Assembly: GCA_001563875.1 (NCBI GenBank) | Contig: LKMN01000008.1 | Location: 1 to 33,546, forward strand | Length of the DNA stretch: 33,546 nt | Origin: Nanohaloarchaea archaeon B1-Br10_U2g1 | GTDB taxonomy: Archaea > Nanohalarchaeota > Nanosalinia > Nanosalinales > Nanosalinaceae | Direction of reading: 5' to 3' | In this document: one piece after another, positions 7,249 through 16,867 of the stretch | Layout of the letters: each line of letters starts with the position of its first letter | Position numbering within the stretch: the first letter of the stretch is position 1 | Made by a program: the position numbers and the translations under genes | Notes under the pieces: generated by a model | The model's database searches: none | What the model saw: the letters and a program-made list of their open reading frames with translations, nothing else | Told to the model about the DNA's origin: nothing

Positions 7249-9660
7249 ATGGCAGTGTTTGAAATCCAGTTAATCGATATTGACTACCAGATTGAAGATG
7301 GAGAGGTATACATCAGAGGTTTTGGAAAGACTTCTGAAGACGAGAACATTCTGTTCTATGATAGAGAGTTCCTGCCTTATCTTTACGCGGTACCGGAAAA
7401 AGATAAGGATATAGGGGATTTGAGACAGAAGATTCAGGAGACCGACTTCTCTAATGAGGGGACAGAGATACCTGTAAGAGATATCGAAACAGAGAAAGTG
7501 GTCGATGGAAGTAAAGAGATAGAAGCTCTAAAAGTTTTCTCAAACATACCTGCGATGATTCCCAAACTAAAAAACGAGTTATGGGATCTTCCTGAAGTAA
7601 AAGAGTGTAGAGAGTTCGACATACCGTTTTATAGACGCTACTTGGTTGACAGAGAGATCAGGCCAGGTTCATGGATACAGGTAGAAGGCAAGTCTGAAGA
7701 CGGAGAGATAGAAAACGTTCTGGAACTAGAAAGCATTGAAACCGGTTTAGAGAAAGAAACCGGTATAGACTGGTATACAGCAGCTTTTGATCTTGAGGTC
7801 TACCAAGATGAGATTATCATGGTCTCCATCTATTCGGAAGATCTCGAAAAAGTTATTACGACAGAAAAAGTTGACAGAAGCTTCGTTGAAACGGTTGAGA
7901 GTGAAAAAGAGCTGATTAAAAGTCTTGTAGAGATACTGGAAGATAGAGATATTGATGTACTGACCGGTTACAATACTGATGAGTTCGACTTTGATATACT
8001 GAGGAAACGTGCAGAACACCATAACCTTAACTTAGAAATGGGCAGAGACGGTGAAAGAATGAAGTTCAACCGTAGAGGCCGGTTTAAAGGAGCTAGGCTT
8101 AAAGGTAGAATGCATCTTGACATATATCCTTTTGTTTCCCATGTTCTTGCTCCTGGACTCGATTCGGAGACACTGGATCTGGACTCTGTCTCAGAGGAGC
8201 TCTTAGGACTAAACAAAGATGATATGTCTTGGGAAGAGATGAAAGCCTCTTGGAAAAATAAGGAGGACCTAGAGAAGTTCTCAGAATATGCTCTGAAAGA
8301 CTCCGAACTGGCTTACAAGCTAGCAGAGGAACTGGTTCCTCAGATACTTGAGCTTTCAGAAATCACAGGCCTAATACCTTTCGATGCATGCAGACTGACT
8401 TATGGACAGCTCACAGAGAACTATCTCATAAGAGAGGCCCGGGACCGTAACATGTTGGCTCCGAACAGGCCCTCACAGGACAAGAGGAGTAAGAGAAGAC
8501 GTCAGGACGCATACTCCGGAGGTTTCGTCTATACTCCTGAGGCAGGGCTTTACGAGGAGATAGGGCTTTTCGACTTTAAGTCTCTCTACCCAACAGTAAT
8601 GGTGGCTCATAACATATCTCCGGATACACTGAATACTGAGGACTGCGAAAACCGTTTCAGCTTAGAAAAGTTTGACTACGACTTCTGTCAGGACGAGACA
8701 GGTTTCTTCCCAGAGCTGGTTAGAGAGCTGGTTGAGGACCGTTCCAAGATAAAGAATAAGATGAGGAATCTAGAAGAAGACAGTCAGGAATATAAATCTC
8801 TGGATAACAGACAGCAGGCGGAGAAAATACTTGCAAACTCGTTTTACGGATACCTAGGATACAGCGGAGCCAGATGGTACTCCAGAGAATGTGCGGAAGC
8901 CACAACCTACATGGGAAGAGAATATATTCACGAAACTATCGAGATAGCGGAGGAAATGGACTTTGAGGTCGTTTACGGGGATACGGACTCTGTATTCCTT
9001 AAAGCTGAGGATATAGGGTCTGAGGCAGACTCTTTCCTTGATAGGGTTAACAGCAGTCTACCGGAGTTTATGAAACTGGAGCTGGAGGGGATATTCACCA
9101 GAGGTTTCTTCACCTCAACAGACTCTGGTGAAGGAGCTAAGAAGAAGTACGCGCTTTTATCTGAAGACGGAGATATGAAGATAACAGGCTTCGAACAGGT
9201 GAGAAGAGACTGGAGCCCTGTAGCCAAAAATACTCAGAAGGAAGTTCTTAGGAAGGTTTTAGAAGATAATATAGGAGGAGCCGTAGAAGAGGCTAAACAG
9301 ACCGTAGAGGATCTGAGACGGGGCAATATCCCGGTAGAACAGCTGAAGATATTCACTACGCTGACTAAAAAACCTGAAAATTATGAGTCTACAGCCCCTC
9401 ACGTCGAAGCAGCAAAGAAAGCGATTAAACAAGGAAAAGATATAGGGCCTGGAGATACTGTAGCTTACGTTATAACTAGAGGAGGAGGCACCATCTCTTC
9501 AAGAGCAGAAACAGTTGAAAATGCTCAGGACTACGACTCAGACTACTATATAGAGAACCAGGTTCTGCCGGCAGCAGTCAGAGTCCTAAAAGTGTTCGGT
9601 TATACGGAAGGCCAGCTTAAGGGAGAAGGAAAGCAGAGCGGTTTAGGGAGATTTAGCTAA
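7249..9660 (+). CDS. polB: Family B DNA polymerase, intein-free
   Basis: Exonuclease motifs FDLE, GYNTDEFD and YALKD. Polymerase motifs DFKSLYP, KILANSFYG, YGDTDS and KKKY. C-terminal PIP box QSGLGRF. Confidence 0.98.
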   Translation: MAVFEIQLIDIDYQIEDGEVYIRGFGKTSEDENILFYDREFLPYLYAVPEKDKDIGDLRQKIQETDFSNEGTEIPVRDIETEKVVDGSKEIEALKVFSNIPAMIPKLKNELWDLPEVKECREFDIPFYRRYLVDREIRPGSWIQVEGKSEDGEIENVLELESIETGLEKETGIDWYTAAFDLEVYQDEIIMVSIYSEDLEKVITTEKVDRSFVETVESEKELIKSLVEILEDRDIDVLTGYNTDEFDFDILRKRAEHHNLNLEMGRDGERMKFNRRGRFKGARLKGRMHLDIYPFVSHVLAPGLDSETLDLDSVSEELLGLNKDDMSWEEMKASWKNKEDLEKFSEYALKDSELAYKLAEELVPQILELSEITGLIPFDACRLTYGQLTENYLIREARDRNMLAPNRPSQDKRSKRRRQDAYSGGFVYTPEAGLYEEIGLFDFKSLYPTVMVAHNISPDTLNTEDCENRFSLEKFDYDFCQDETGFFPELVRELVEDRSKIKNKMRNLEEDSQEYKSLDNRQQAEKILANSFYGYLGYSGARWYSRECAEATTYMGREYIHETIEIAEEMDFEVVYGDTDSVFLKAEDIGSEADSFLDRVNSSLPEFMKLELEGIFTRGFFTSTDSGEGAKKKYALLSEDGDMKITGFEQVRRDWSPVAKNTQKEVLRKVLEDNIGGAVEEAKQTVEDLRRGNIPVEQLKIFTTLTKKPENYESTAPHVEAAKKAIKQGKDIGPGDTVAYVITRGGGTISSRAETVENAQDYDSDYYIENQVLPAAVRVLKVFGYTEGQLKGEGKQSGLGRFS

Positions 9661-9690
9661 TTTATAAGAATTAATGGCTTAAATGGTGTT

Positions 9691-9993
9691 ATGAATCCGG
9701 TTAATAATACTGAGGACACTCTTACGGAATCTAATGATTTATATGAGCAAGGCACAGAAGATCTAAAGACCGAAATTAAAACGCTTGTTAAGTACTCAGA
9801 CGATTATCTGAGCTCTAGAGATATATACAGACGCTTTGAATCATACTTTGGCTCAGAAGACAACTTTTACTCTGAAGAGGATCTAGAGTATGTTTCCAGA
9901 GCTCTAGTCGAGATGAGAAATGATAAAGAAGTTGAGAAGACAGCTTTCCTCCAAGAAGACGGTGCGAAGATAGTCTACAGACTATCTGAATAG
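9691..9993 (+). CDS. Hypothetical acidic protein, possible winged helix
   Basis: 100-aa ORF filling the gap, preceded by a TTTATAA box. The LSSRDIY...VSRALVEM...VEK...VYRL pattern resembles a wHTH. Confidence 0.65.
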   Translation: MNPVNNTEDTLTESNDLYEQGTEDLKTEIKTLVKYSDDYLSSRDIYRRFESYFGSEDNFYSEEDLEYVSRALVEMRNDKEVEKTAFLQEDGAKIVYRLSE

Positions 9994-10009
9994 AACCGGC
10001 ACCTCTATC

Positions 10010-10669
10010 TTACTTAAATACTTCTCCTGTCTCTATAGACCATAATACCAGATCTAAAGCCTTTATGTCTATACCTGTATCTTCTGCAAGCTTTCGCATC
10101 TTTCTCTCTATCTCCAGATAGCTTTCCTTATCTGAAGGCTGCTCCAGGTCTTCTAAGTAGTTAAGTTCGTAGAGCTTGCTGATTATACGGCTAGAAACTA
10201 TTGCGAAACCGTTTCCATAACCTATATTCCTGAGAAAGTGTGATCCACCTTTCCAGCTTAAGCCGTCTATATTTTCGACAAACCAGCTTCTTGTCTTATC
10301 TAGGTTGTCGGGTCTGATGAGTTCAGCGATCTTCAGCTTTCCGGAGGGGTCTGTCAGCGTTGGTTGAGACAGTTTTTTCCGGTTCTCTACTATATATGAA
10401 GCCTTTTTCTGTTCGTACTGGATATCGTTCAGTTCTAAGACTCCTGCTACTTCATCTTTCTCACTGCTTTCTAAGAGGCCAAGTTCTTCAAGTTTCTGGG
10501 TAGCTTCCCAAGATTTCTTTGCAGAGCTTTGGGACGTTAGAATAACGAAGACCAGTTCTTTGAATAGGCGGTCGTTATCAGCGTCTCTTAGTTTCTCAAA
10601 CTCTTCCAGACGGCTATCTATAACTTCTCTGTTTTCTTGATAGTGTTTCAAGATTTTCTTCTTGTCCAT
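10010..10669 (-). CDS. Ogg2-family (MJ0724-like) 8-oxoguanine glycosylase/lyase homolog with altered catalytic motif
   Basis: ELVFVILT, GLSWKGGSHFLRNIG, YLEIE and LDLVLW..ETGEVFK with the terminal Lys. The family's DRH motif reads SSR here. Confidence 0.85.
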   Translation of the reverse strand: MDKKKILKHYQENREVIDSRLEEFEKLRDADNDRLFKELVFVILTSQSSAKKSWEATQKLEELGLLESSEKDEVAGVLELNDIQYEQKKASYIVENRKKLSQPTLTDPSGKLKIAELIRPDNLDKTRSWFVENIDGLSWKGGSHFLRNIGYGNGFAIVSSRIISKLYELNYLEDLEQPSDKESYLEIERKMRKLAEDTGIDIKALDLVLWSIETGEVFK

Positions 10670-10710
10670 ACCGTATAAACGAGACGGCTACAGTTTAAAC
10701 TCTTGTTCTG

Positions 10711-12123
10711 TTAGACTGTGTGGATAGGGTTGCCTTGAGCGTCTTCACATGCTTCGGCGAATGCTTCTGGAAACGTCGGGTGTGCATGGATAGTGTTAAC
10801 AATATCGTCGAGATAAGCCTGCATCTCTAGTGCTAGAGTAGCTTCCGAAATCATATCTGATACTCTGACGCCCACCATTTGGACTCCTAAAAGCTTGCCC
10901 TTCGGACATGCCAGTACGCGGACAAATCCGGAGGTATCGTCCACGGTCATAGCCCTTCCCGAAGCTGAGAATGGGAATCTGCCGACCTTCAGTTCGTCAC
11001 CGTACTCTTCTTCAGCCTCTTCCAAGCTTTTTCCAACAACAGCCACTTCAGGATCAGTATACATAACCTTTGGGATGACCTGGTTGTCAAAAGCAGCAGG
11101 CTCTCCGGCTATTACTTCGGCCGCTACACGACCTTCTCTGTAGGCTTTATGAGCCAGCATCGGCTGTCCTGCTACGTCTCCTATAGCAAATATGTTTTCT
11201 TCAGAGGTTCTCATCTGTGAATCAACTTCGATAAAACCGTGTTTATCTGGTTCTATAGAGGTATTCTCAAGACCTAGCTCTTCTGTAATGTTTTTAGGTG
11301 TTCTACCTACTGCAACAAGAATATAATCTCCTTCAATCTCTATTTCTTTATCTTCTTTCTCTGCAATGAGTACTGCCTTTCCGTCTCTGTAACTTACTTC
11401 TTTAGCCTTTGTGGACTCGTAAACGGTGTCTGCGTAATCGCTGTTAGAGTTCTTCAAGCTTCTTACAATTTCTTCATCAAAGTTTCCAAGTATTCTTTCC
11501 ATTGCTTCAACAACTTTAACTTCTGAACCAAACTTAGAGAATTTTGTAGCTGCCTCCATGCCTATATACCCGCCTCCCACAATTACAAGCTCCTCCGGTA
11601 CCTCTTCAAGATTTAGAAGCTCTCTAGAGGAAATAATCTTTTCTTGGGAAAACTCTAGACCGGGTATCTCCATAGGCTGGCTGCCCGTGGCTATAACAGC
11701 GTTTTCAAACTCTATCTTGTCGGTACGGTGTTCTTCTTCAACCCTTACAGTCTTCGAATCAATAAATCGAGCCTCACCTTTCTTTATTTCGACATCATGT
11801 TTTCTTAGAATCTGTCTGACCCCTCCGTTCAGCTTATCTACAATACTGTTTTTCCAGTTCTGTACTTCTGAGAAGTCAAGATCTTCTTCGCCGTAGTAGT
11901 TTTTTTCGTCTCTACTGAGAAATTTTTCATACATCTTGGAGGAGTGGATAAATGCTTTTGCGGGTATACATCCACGGTTCAGGCATGTACCGCCTATGTC
12001 TTCTTTCTCAACCAGTACAACATCTTTATCTTTCTGTGCAGCCCTCATAGCGGCAGTGTATCCTCCTGGACCTCCACCTATGACCACTACGTCTGTTCCT
12101 GTTGCTATATCTCCTACAACCAT
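10711..12123 (-). CDS. lpdA: Dihydrolipoamide dehydrogenase (E3)
   Basis: GGGPGGY, GGTCLNRGCIP redox disulfide, GGGYIGME and HAHPTFPE. Confidence 0.97.
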   Translation of the reverse strand: MVVGDIATGTDVVVIGGGPGGYTAAMRAAQKDKDVVLVEKEDIGGTCLNRGCIPAKAFIHSSKMYEKFLSRDEKNYYGEEDLDFSEVQNWKNSIVDKLNGGVRQILRKHDVEIKKGEARFIDSKTVRVEEEHRTDKIEFENAVIATGSQPMEIPGLEFSQEKIISSRELLNLEEVPEELVIVGGGYIGMEAATKFSKFGSEVKVVEAMERILGNFDEEIVRSLKNSNSDYADTVYESTKAKEVSYRDGKAVLIAEKEDKEIEIEGDYILVAVGRTPKNITEELGLENTSIEPDKHGFIEVDSQMRTSEENIFAIGDVAGQPMLAHKAYREGRVAAEVIAGEPAAFDNQVIPKVMYTDPEVAVVGKSLEEAEEEYGDELKVGRFPFSASGRAMTVDDTSGFVRVLACPKGKLLGVQMVGVRVSDMISEATLALEMQAYLDDIVNTIHAHPTFPEAFAEACEDAQGNPIHTV

Positions 12124-12124
12124 T

Positions 12125-13498
12125 TTAAACCCTCATAAGTAGTTGTTCGGGGTTTCTAAGATTTTCTACAACTTCTTTCATGAATCTCGCTCCTGTTGCG
12201 CCATCTATTACACGGTGGTCGTAGCTTAGTGAAATTTTTACTGTCTTTCGAGGTTTAATATCTCCTTTAATAACTTCGGCTGTCTCTTTAATACTTCCTA
12301 TACCTAGTATGGCTGTTTGGGGATGGTAAATAATAGGTGTGAACTCTTCAACACCTATGACACCTAGATTGGTTACTGAGAATGTTCCTGTCTCCATCTC
12401 GTCTCTCGTGACCTTCCCTTCTCTAGCTCTTTCGACTGCTGATTCTATGCCTTTGGCAAGTTCGACAATACTTTTACTGTCGATATCTTCTACAACAGGT
12501 ACCATGAGGCCTCTATCTGTATCTACAGCAATATTGAAGTTGTAATCTTTCTTCAGTATTATCTCGTTCTCTTCTTCGTCCAGTTCGGCGTTGAGTTTCG
12601 GATAATCCTTTAATCCTTCTACTACAGCCTTCATGATGAAAGGTAGATAGGTCAGATGAACTTCAAAGTTTTCTTTTTCCTCTTCACGTAGTTCAACCAG
12701 TTTTGTTACATCGACCTTTTCAACATGAGTTACGTGAGGTGCTGTGAAACGGGACTCAGACATTTTATCTGCCATTGACCTCTCTAGTCCCGACATTTTG
12801 ACTCTTTCAGACTCTTCGGCACTTACTTCCTCTTTCGTTGTTGCACTGTCTTTTTGGTTGAGTACGTCGTCTCTTGTTATCTTTCCTCCTCGTCCTGAAC
12901 CTTTTATTTTCTCTAAATCTATGTTCTCTTCTCTAGCTAGCTTTCTTACCGAAGGAGTGGCGTTTACATCCGTTTTAATCTCTTCGGCTTTATTTGAGGT
13001 ATCTTGAACTTTCTTGTCTGTATTATTTTCTTTGTCTCTCGCTGCTTCTAGTACTTCTTCTTCAGTTATTCTCTCGCCGTTTTTAATCTTTGAGAGCGCC
13101 ACGTCTTTCTCTTCAGCAAGTTTCCGGACTTTTGGCAGTGCAAGAACTTCTCCCGCTTTAGTATCTCTTTCTACAGTATTTTCTTCGGTACTTTCAACCT
13201 CTTTTTCGTTATCTCTATCTTCGTTATCCTTATCTTCTACAGTCTCTTCAGCGGCCTCCACGGAGCCATCATTGTTTATGACCATTATCACTTCTCCTAC
13301 TTCTATGTTGTCACCCGGCTCTACCTTAAGTTGTGATACTGTTCCGTCGGCTGGAGCAGGTATATCAACTACTGCTTTATCCGTCTCCGCCTCTCCTACA
13401 ATCTGGTCTTCTTCAATTTCTTCACCTTCGTCAACCATCCACTGCAGGAACTTTCCTTCTGTTACTCCTTCTCCGGTGTCGGGGAACTTGAATTCCAA
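12125..13498 (-). CDS. pdhC: Dihydrolipoamide acyltransferase (E2): one lipoyl domain, two PSBD-like repeats
   Basis: ETDKA lipoyl Lys, two PxVRKLAxE repeats and the catalytic SYDHRVIDG. TTG start. Confidence 0.95.
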   Translation of the reverse strand: MEFKFPDTGEGVTEGKFLQWMVDEGEEIEEDQIVGEAETDKAVVDIPAPADGTVSQLKVEPGDNIEVGEVIMVINNDGSVEAAEETVEDKDNEDRDNEKEVESTEENTVERDTKAGEVLALPKVRKLAEEKDVALSKIKNGERITEEEVLEAARDKENNTDKKVQDTSNKAEEIKTDVNATPSVRKLAREENIDLEKIKGSGRGGKITRDDVLNQKDSATTKEEVSAEESERVKMSGLERSMADKMSESRFTAPHVTHVEKVDVTKLVELREEEKENFEVHLTYLPFIMKAVVEGLKDYPKLNAELDEEENEIILKKDYNFNIAVDTDRGLMVPVVEDIDSKSIVELAKGIESAVERAREGKVTRDEMETGTFSVTNLGVIGVEEFTPIIYHPQTAILGIGSIKETAEVIKGDIKPRKTVKISLSYDHRVIDGATGARFMKEVVENLRNPEQLLMRV

Positions 13499-13508
13499 AG
13501 CTTATCAC

Positions 13509-14477
13509 CTAGAACTCCAGGACTCTTTCCAGTCCGTTTACTGTTCTTTTGAGGTTAGGCATGTGGTAGTCTTCCAGGGTGTATAGAGGGTAGGGTACAT
13601 CAGGAGCTGTTACTCTCTCTACAGGAGCCTCCATATGTAGTATTGCTTCTTCCTGTATCCTTGAAGCTATCTCAGCACCAAATCCTCCGGTCTTAACTGC
13701 TTCATGAAGAACTACCGCTCTACCAGTCTTCTTAACAGAATTTAGTACGGTATCAAAGTCGGTAGGATATATTGTCATAAGATCGATAACTTCTACTGAG
13801 GCATCTACTTCCTCGGCCGCTTTTTCCGCCAGCGGAACCATTGCACCCCAGGCTATTAGTGTTACGTCTTCTCCTTCTTTTGCTATCCGTGCTTTCTCGA
13901 GATCTATCTCTTTTTCTCTGTCAACCTCTTGCTTAAAGGCTCTGTAAGTCTTTTTAGGCTCTAAAAACACCACCGGGTCATCGAGCTGTATTGATTTTCT
14001 TAGCAGAGAGTATGTGTTTTGAGGCGTACTAGGTATTACAACGTGCAGGCCTTGTGAATGTGCGTAAAAGGCTTCAGGACTTTCTTGGTGGTGTTCCAAG
14101 GCACTTATTCCTCCTCCGTAAGGCGCCCTGACTGTTAAAGGCACGTTGTAGTCTCCGCGGCTTCTTATACGCATACGTGAAGCGTGTTCCTTAATCTGGT
14201 AGAACGCTAGGTAAGAGAATCCTGAGAACTGCATCTCGACTACAGGTCTAAAACCGTAAAGACTCATTCCTATCGCGGTTCCGGCGATACCGGATTCTGC
14301 TAATGGGCTGGAGAAAACTCTTTTCTCTCCGAACTCTTCTTGAAGTCCTTCAGTTGCGCGGAATACTCCTCCGTCTTCCCCAACGTCTTCCCCGTAGGTT
14401 ATAACGTCTTCGTCCTCCTCGAGTTCGTCTCTTAAGGCCTCATTTACCGCGGTTATAATATTCATTTTCTCGGTCAC
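13509..14477 (-). CDS. pdhB: 2-oxoacid (pyruvate) dehydrogenase E1 beta
   Basis: GEDVG..GGVFRAT, PLAESGI, EMQF and VFLEPK. Confidence 0.95.
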   Translation of the reverse strand: MTEKMNIITAVNEALRDELEEDEDVITYGEDVGEDGGVFRATEGLQEEFGEKRVFSSPLAESGIAGTAIGMSLYGFRPVVEMQFSGFSYLAFYQIKEHASRMRIRSRGDYNVPLTVRAPYGGGISALEHHQESPEAFYAHSQGLHVVIPSTPQNTYSLLRKSIQLDDPVVFLEPKKTYRAFKQEVDREKEIDLEKARIAKEGEDVTLIAWGAMVPLAEKAAEEVDASVEVIDLMTIYPTDFDTVLNSVKKTGRAVVLHEAVKTGGFGAEIASRIQEEAILHMEAPVERVTAPDVPYPLYTLEDYHMPNLKRTVNGLERVLEF

Positions 14478-15538
14478 TATTCGGCCACCTCCTTTCTGAG
14501 GTCTGTCTTCTCTTTCTCAAGTATCTCGGGCATGTCGCCGTAAACATAGTCAAACAACTCGTCAAACTCCGGATCATCCATATCCATTGCCTTATTTGCG
14601 GCTTTATCTATTTTTTCCTCGGCTTCTTTCTCGTAGTCAGCTAGTTCATCGCTCCACATTCCGTTTTCTTCTAAAAACTGTTTGAACCTTGACAAAGGGT
14701 CATGTTCGTTCCAGCTCTCTATCTCTTCCTTGTCTCTGTATCGTGTAGAGTCGTCAGAGGTAGTATGGTCCTCCAGTCTGTAGGTAACTGCTTCTAGAAG
14801 TGTGGGTTCTCCGTTTCTAGCTCTATCCATTACTTCTCTCATAGCTTTTATTACTGCAAGAACATCGTTTCCGTCGACTTGTAAGCCATCTATACCGTAG
14901 GCTAATGCTTTCTGTGCTACAGTATCCGAGTTTGTCTGCTTTTCAAAAGGCATGGAGATTGCGTAATGGTTGTTCTGTACAAAGAATACTGAATGTGCGT
15001 CGTAAACTCCTGCAAAGTTTAAAGCTTCGTGAAAATCGCCTTCGCTAGTACTACCGTCTCCTGTAAAACCTACAACAATATTATTGTCTTCTTTGAAGCT
15101 CATAGCCATTCCTAGACCTGCGGTGTGAAGGTTCTGGGTTCCTACAGGTATTGAGACAGGCAAGGTGTTTAGCTCGGCTAAGCCTTTCTGACCGTTTGCA
15201 TCGCCCATCCAGCGCCGGAAGATCTTTTCTAGAGGTGCTCCTCTAGTTATGAATGCGGCGGTCTCCCTAAAGCTTGGTACTACCCAATCCTCGTCATTTA
15301 AGGGGTATATAGCGCCTATCTGTGCTGCTTCCTGTCCTTTGTGTGGGGCATATGTAGAGATTTCACCTCTTCTCTGAAGTGAGAAGGCTTTTTCATCGAA
15401 CTTTCTGGCAAGCATCATTAAACGGTAGAGCTCTTGGAACTCCTCCTCTTCTAGCTCTGGAGCCTCTTGCTCAGGGTTTTCAGAGTTTAATACCTCAATT
15501 TTTTCTATCTCTCCTGAGAACACCTTTTCTCTAGCCAT
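14477..15538 (-). CDS. pdhA: 2-oxoacid (pyruvate) dehydrogenase E1 alpha
   Basis: TPP-binding motif GDGSTSEGDFHE...NN, DGNDVLAV and YRLEDHTTSDD. Start placed at MAREK (15538) rather than 15586. Confidence 0.95.
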   Translation of the reverse strand: MAREKVFSGEIEKIEVLNSENPEQEAPELEEEEFQELYRLMMLARKFDEKAFSLQRRGEISTYAPHKGQEAAQIGAIYPLNDEDWVVPSFRETAAFITRGAPLEKIFRRWMGDANGQKGLAELNTLPVSIPVGTQNLHTAGLGMAMSFKEDNNIVVGFTGDGSTSEGDFHEALNFAGVYDAHSVFFVQNNHYAISMPFEKQTNSDTVAQKALAYGIDGLQVDGNDVLAVIKAMREVMDRARNGEPTLLEAVTYRLEDHTTSDDSTRYRDKEEIESWNEHDPLSRFKQFLEENGMWSDELADYEKEAEEKIDKAANKAMDMDDPEFDELFDYVYGDMPEILEKEKTDLRKEVAE

Positions 15539-15674
15539 TATAGATGAAGTTAAATCTCCGCTCCAATATAAAGAATGGTTTTGCAACTAAGAGGTAACTG
15601 GGATCTTCTATTCGGAAATCTTTACAACCGAAAGCCTCTCAATGTTTTCATACCGGATGATCTTAGCCGACTGG

Positions 15675-16805
15675 ATGCAGAAAGTAGACTTGGAAACAGA
15701 GATACACGAGGTTTATATCCACAGTTTTCTTTTCAGGTTTGCTACCAGTCTGATAAGCATATTTATTCCTTTGTACATTTTGGATATTGGTTTCGCGCCT
15801 ATATACGCAATTACGTTCTATATTGTCTATGATTTAACAATGCTTGTTTTTTCGGTTCCTTTTGCGTACCTAGCAGCCAGAATAGGTTACAAGCGTGTAG
15901 CCTTACTGTCTAGTATCCTTTGGCTATCGTTTTACCTGTTTTTAAGAGTTGTAGAAACATATCCGGCTCTATACCTAGCGGCTGTAATCGGAGGAATGGG
16001 TTTCAACCTTTACTGGATAGGTATGAATCCGGAGGTTGCAGAGAGCAGTCATGAAGACAGAACAGATAAAGAGTCCGGATTCTTTTTCTCAATGCCGTCT
16101 CTAGCCAATATTGTCTCTCCATTTGTAGGAGGCCTAATTTTAGCTTTGTTGGGCTTTAGCTCTCTTTTTGTACTGGCCACTGTCATGATAGGTGTATCTT
16201 TTGTACCTTTCTTATTTTCCAGAGAACACAGAGGAGGAATGGAGCTTGGATATTCTGATTTCGTGTCTAAAGAGTATTTAGATGACTTCTTAACCTACTT
16301 CTTTGATGGCTTACAGTCTGTAGGACATATAGTTATTTGGCCGCTATATATAGCAGTAGTTATAGGAGGAAGCGTAAACATAGGAAGCGTAGGTAGTCTG
16401 TTAGCACTTGGCGGGGCGCTGTCAAGTATATTTGTAGGTAAGCTAAGTCAGAGGTATGGGAGAAACAAGGTGCTGTTCTATGGACCTTCGTGTTTAGCAT
16501 TGGTTGTGGTCTCAATGGCTTTAACCGGCTCGGTTGCGGTCGCGTTCTTGGTATCGCTTCTACATGGACTGTTCCATAACACTCTTACTGTACCTATCTA
16601 CGGCTCAGCAATAGACAGAAGTGAGGAATCAGATGTGCTCGAGTACTTTACGTTCAGGGAGGTAGCTCTTACACTTGGAAGGCTTTTCGGACTTTCTATT
16701 GCAGGTCTAGGCTTTGTCATTGTCCCAGAGTATAAGTTCTTAGCAGCGTTCAGCTTTATGGCGGTGGCGGTACTTCTGTGCTCGTTTTTCGCCCGTCGAA
16801 TATGA
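15675..16805 (+). CDS. Major facilitator superfamily transporter
   Basis: About 12 hydrophobic segments with motif A-like AYLAARIGYKR and GKLSQRYGRNK. Start uncertain (15642, 15657 or 15675). Confidence 0.88.
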   Translation: MQKVDLETEIHEVYIHSFLFRFATSLISIFIPLYILDIGFAPIYAITFYIVYDLTMLVFSVPFAYLAARIGYKRVALLSSILWLSFYLFLRVVETYPALYLAAVIGGMGFNLYWIGMNPEVAESSHEDRTDKESGFFFSMPSLANIVSPFVGGLILALLGFSSLFVLATVMIGVSFVPFLFSREHRGGMELGYSDFVSKEYLDDFLTYFFDGLQSVGHIVIWPLYIAVVIGGSVNIGSVGSLLALGGALSSIFVGKLSQRYGRNKVLFYGPSCLALVVVSMALTGSVAVAFLVSLLHGLFHNTLTVPIYGSAIDRSEESDVLEYFTFREVALTLGRLFGLSIAGLGFVIVPEYKFLAAFSFMAVAVLLCSFFARRI

Positions 16806-16867
16806 TTTTTTGCGACTTCAAAGTGAAATAAACACTCTAAATAACCAGTTTCTACAAGCTTATACAC

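Noticed and set aside
7249-9660. Intein in PolB, inactivated PolB, or viral/casposon PolB
   Set aside because: Normal length, intact catalytic motifs, a PIP box and housekeeping neighbours. No integrase, Cas1 or terminal repeats.
15539-15586. Longer pdhA start (MQNHSLYW...)
   Set aside because: The extension is not E1-like and occupies the probable divergent promoter. A TTTAA box sits shortly upstream of the ATG at 15538.
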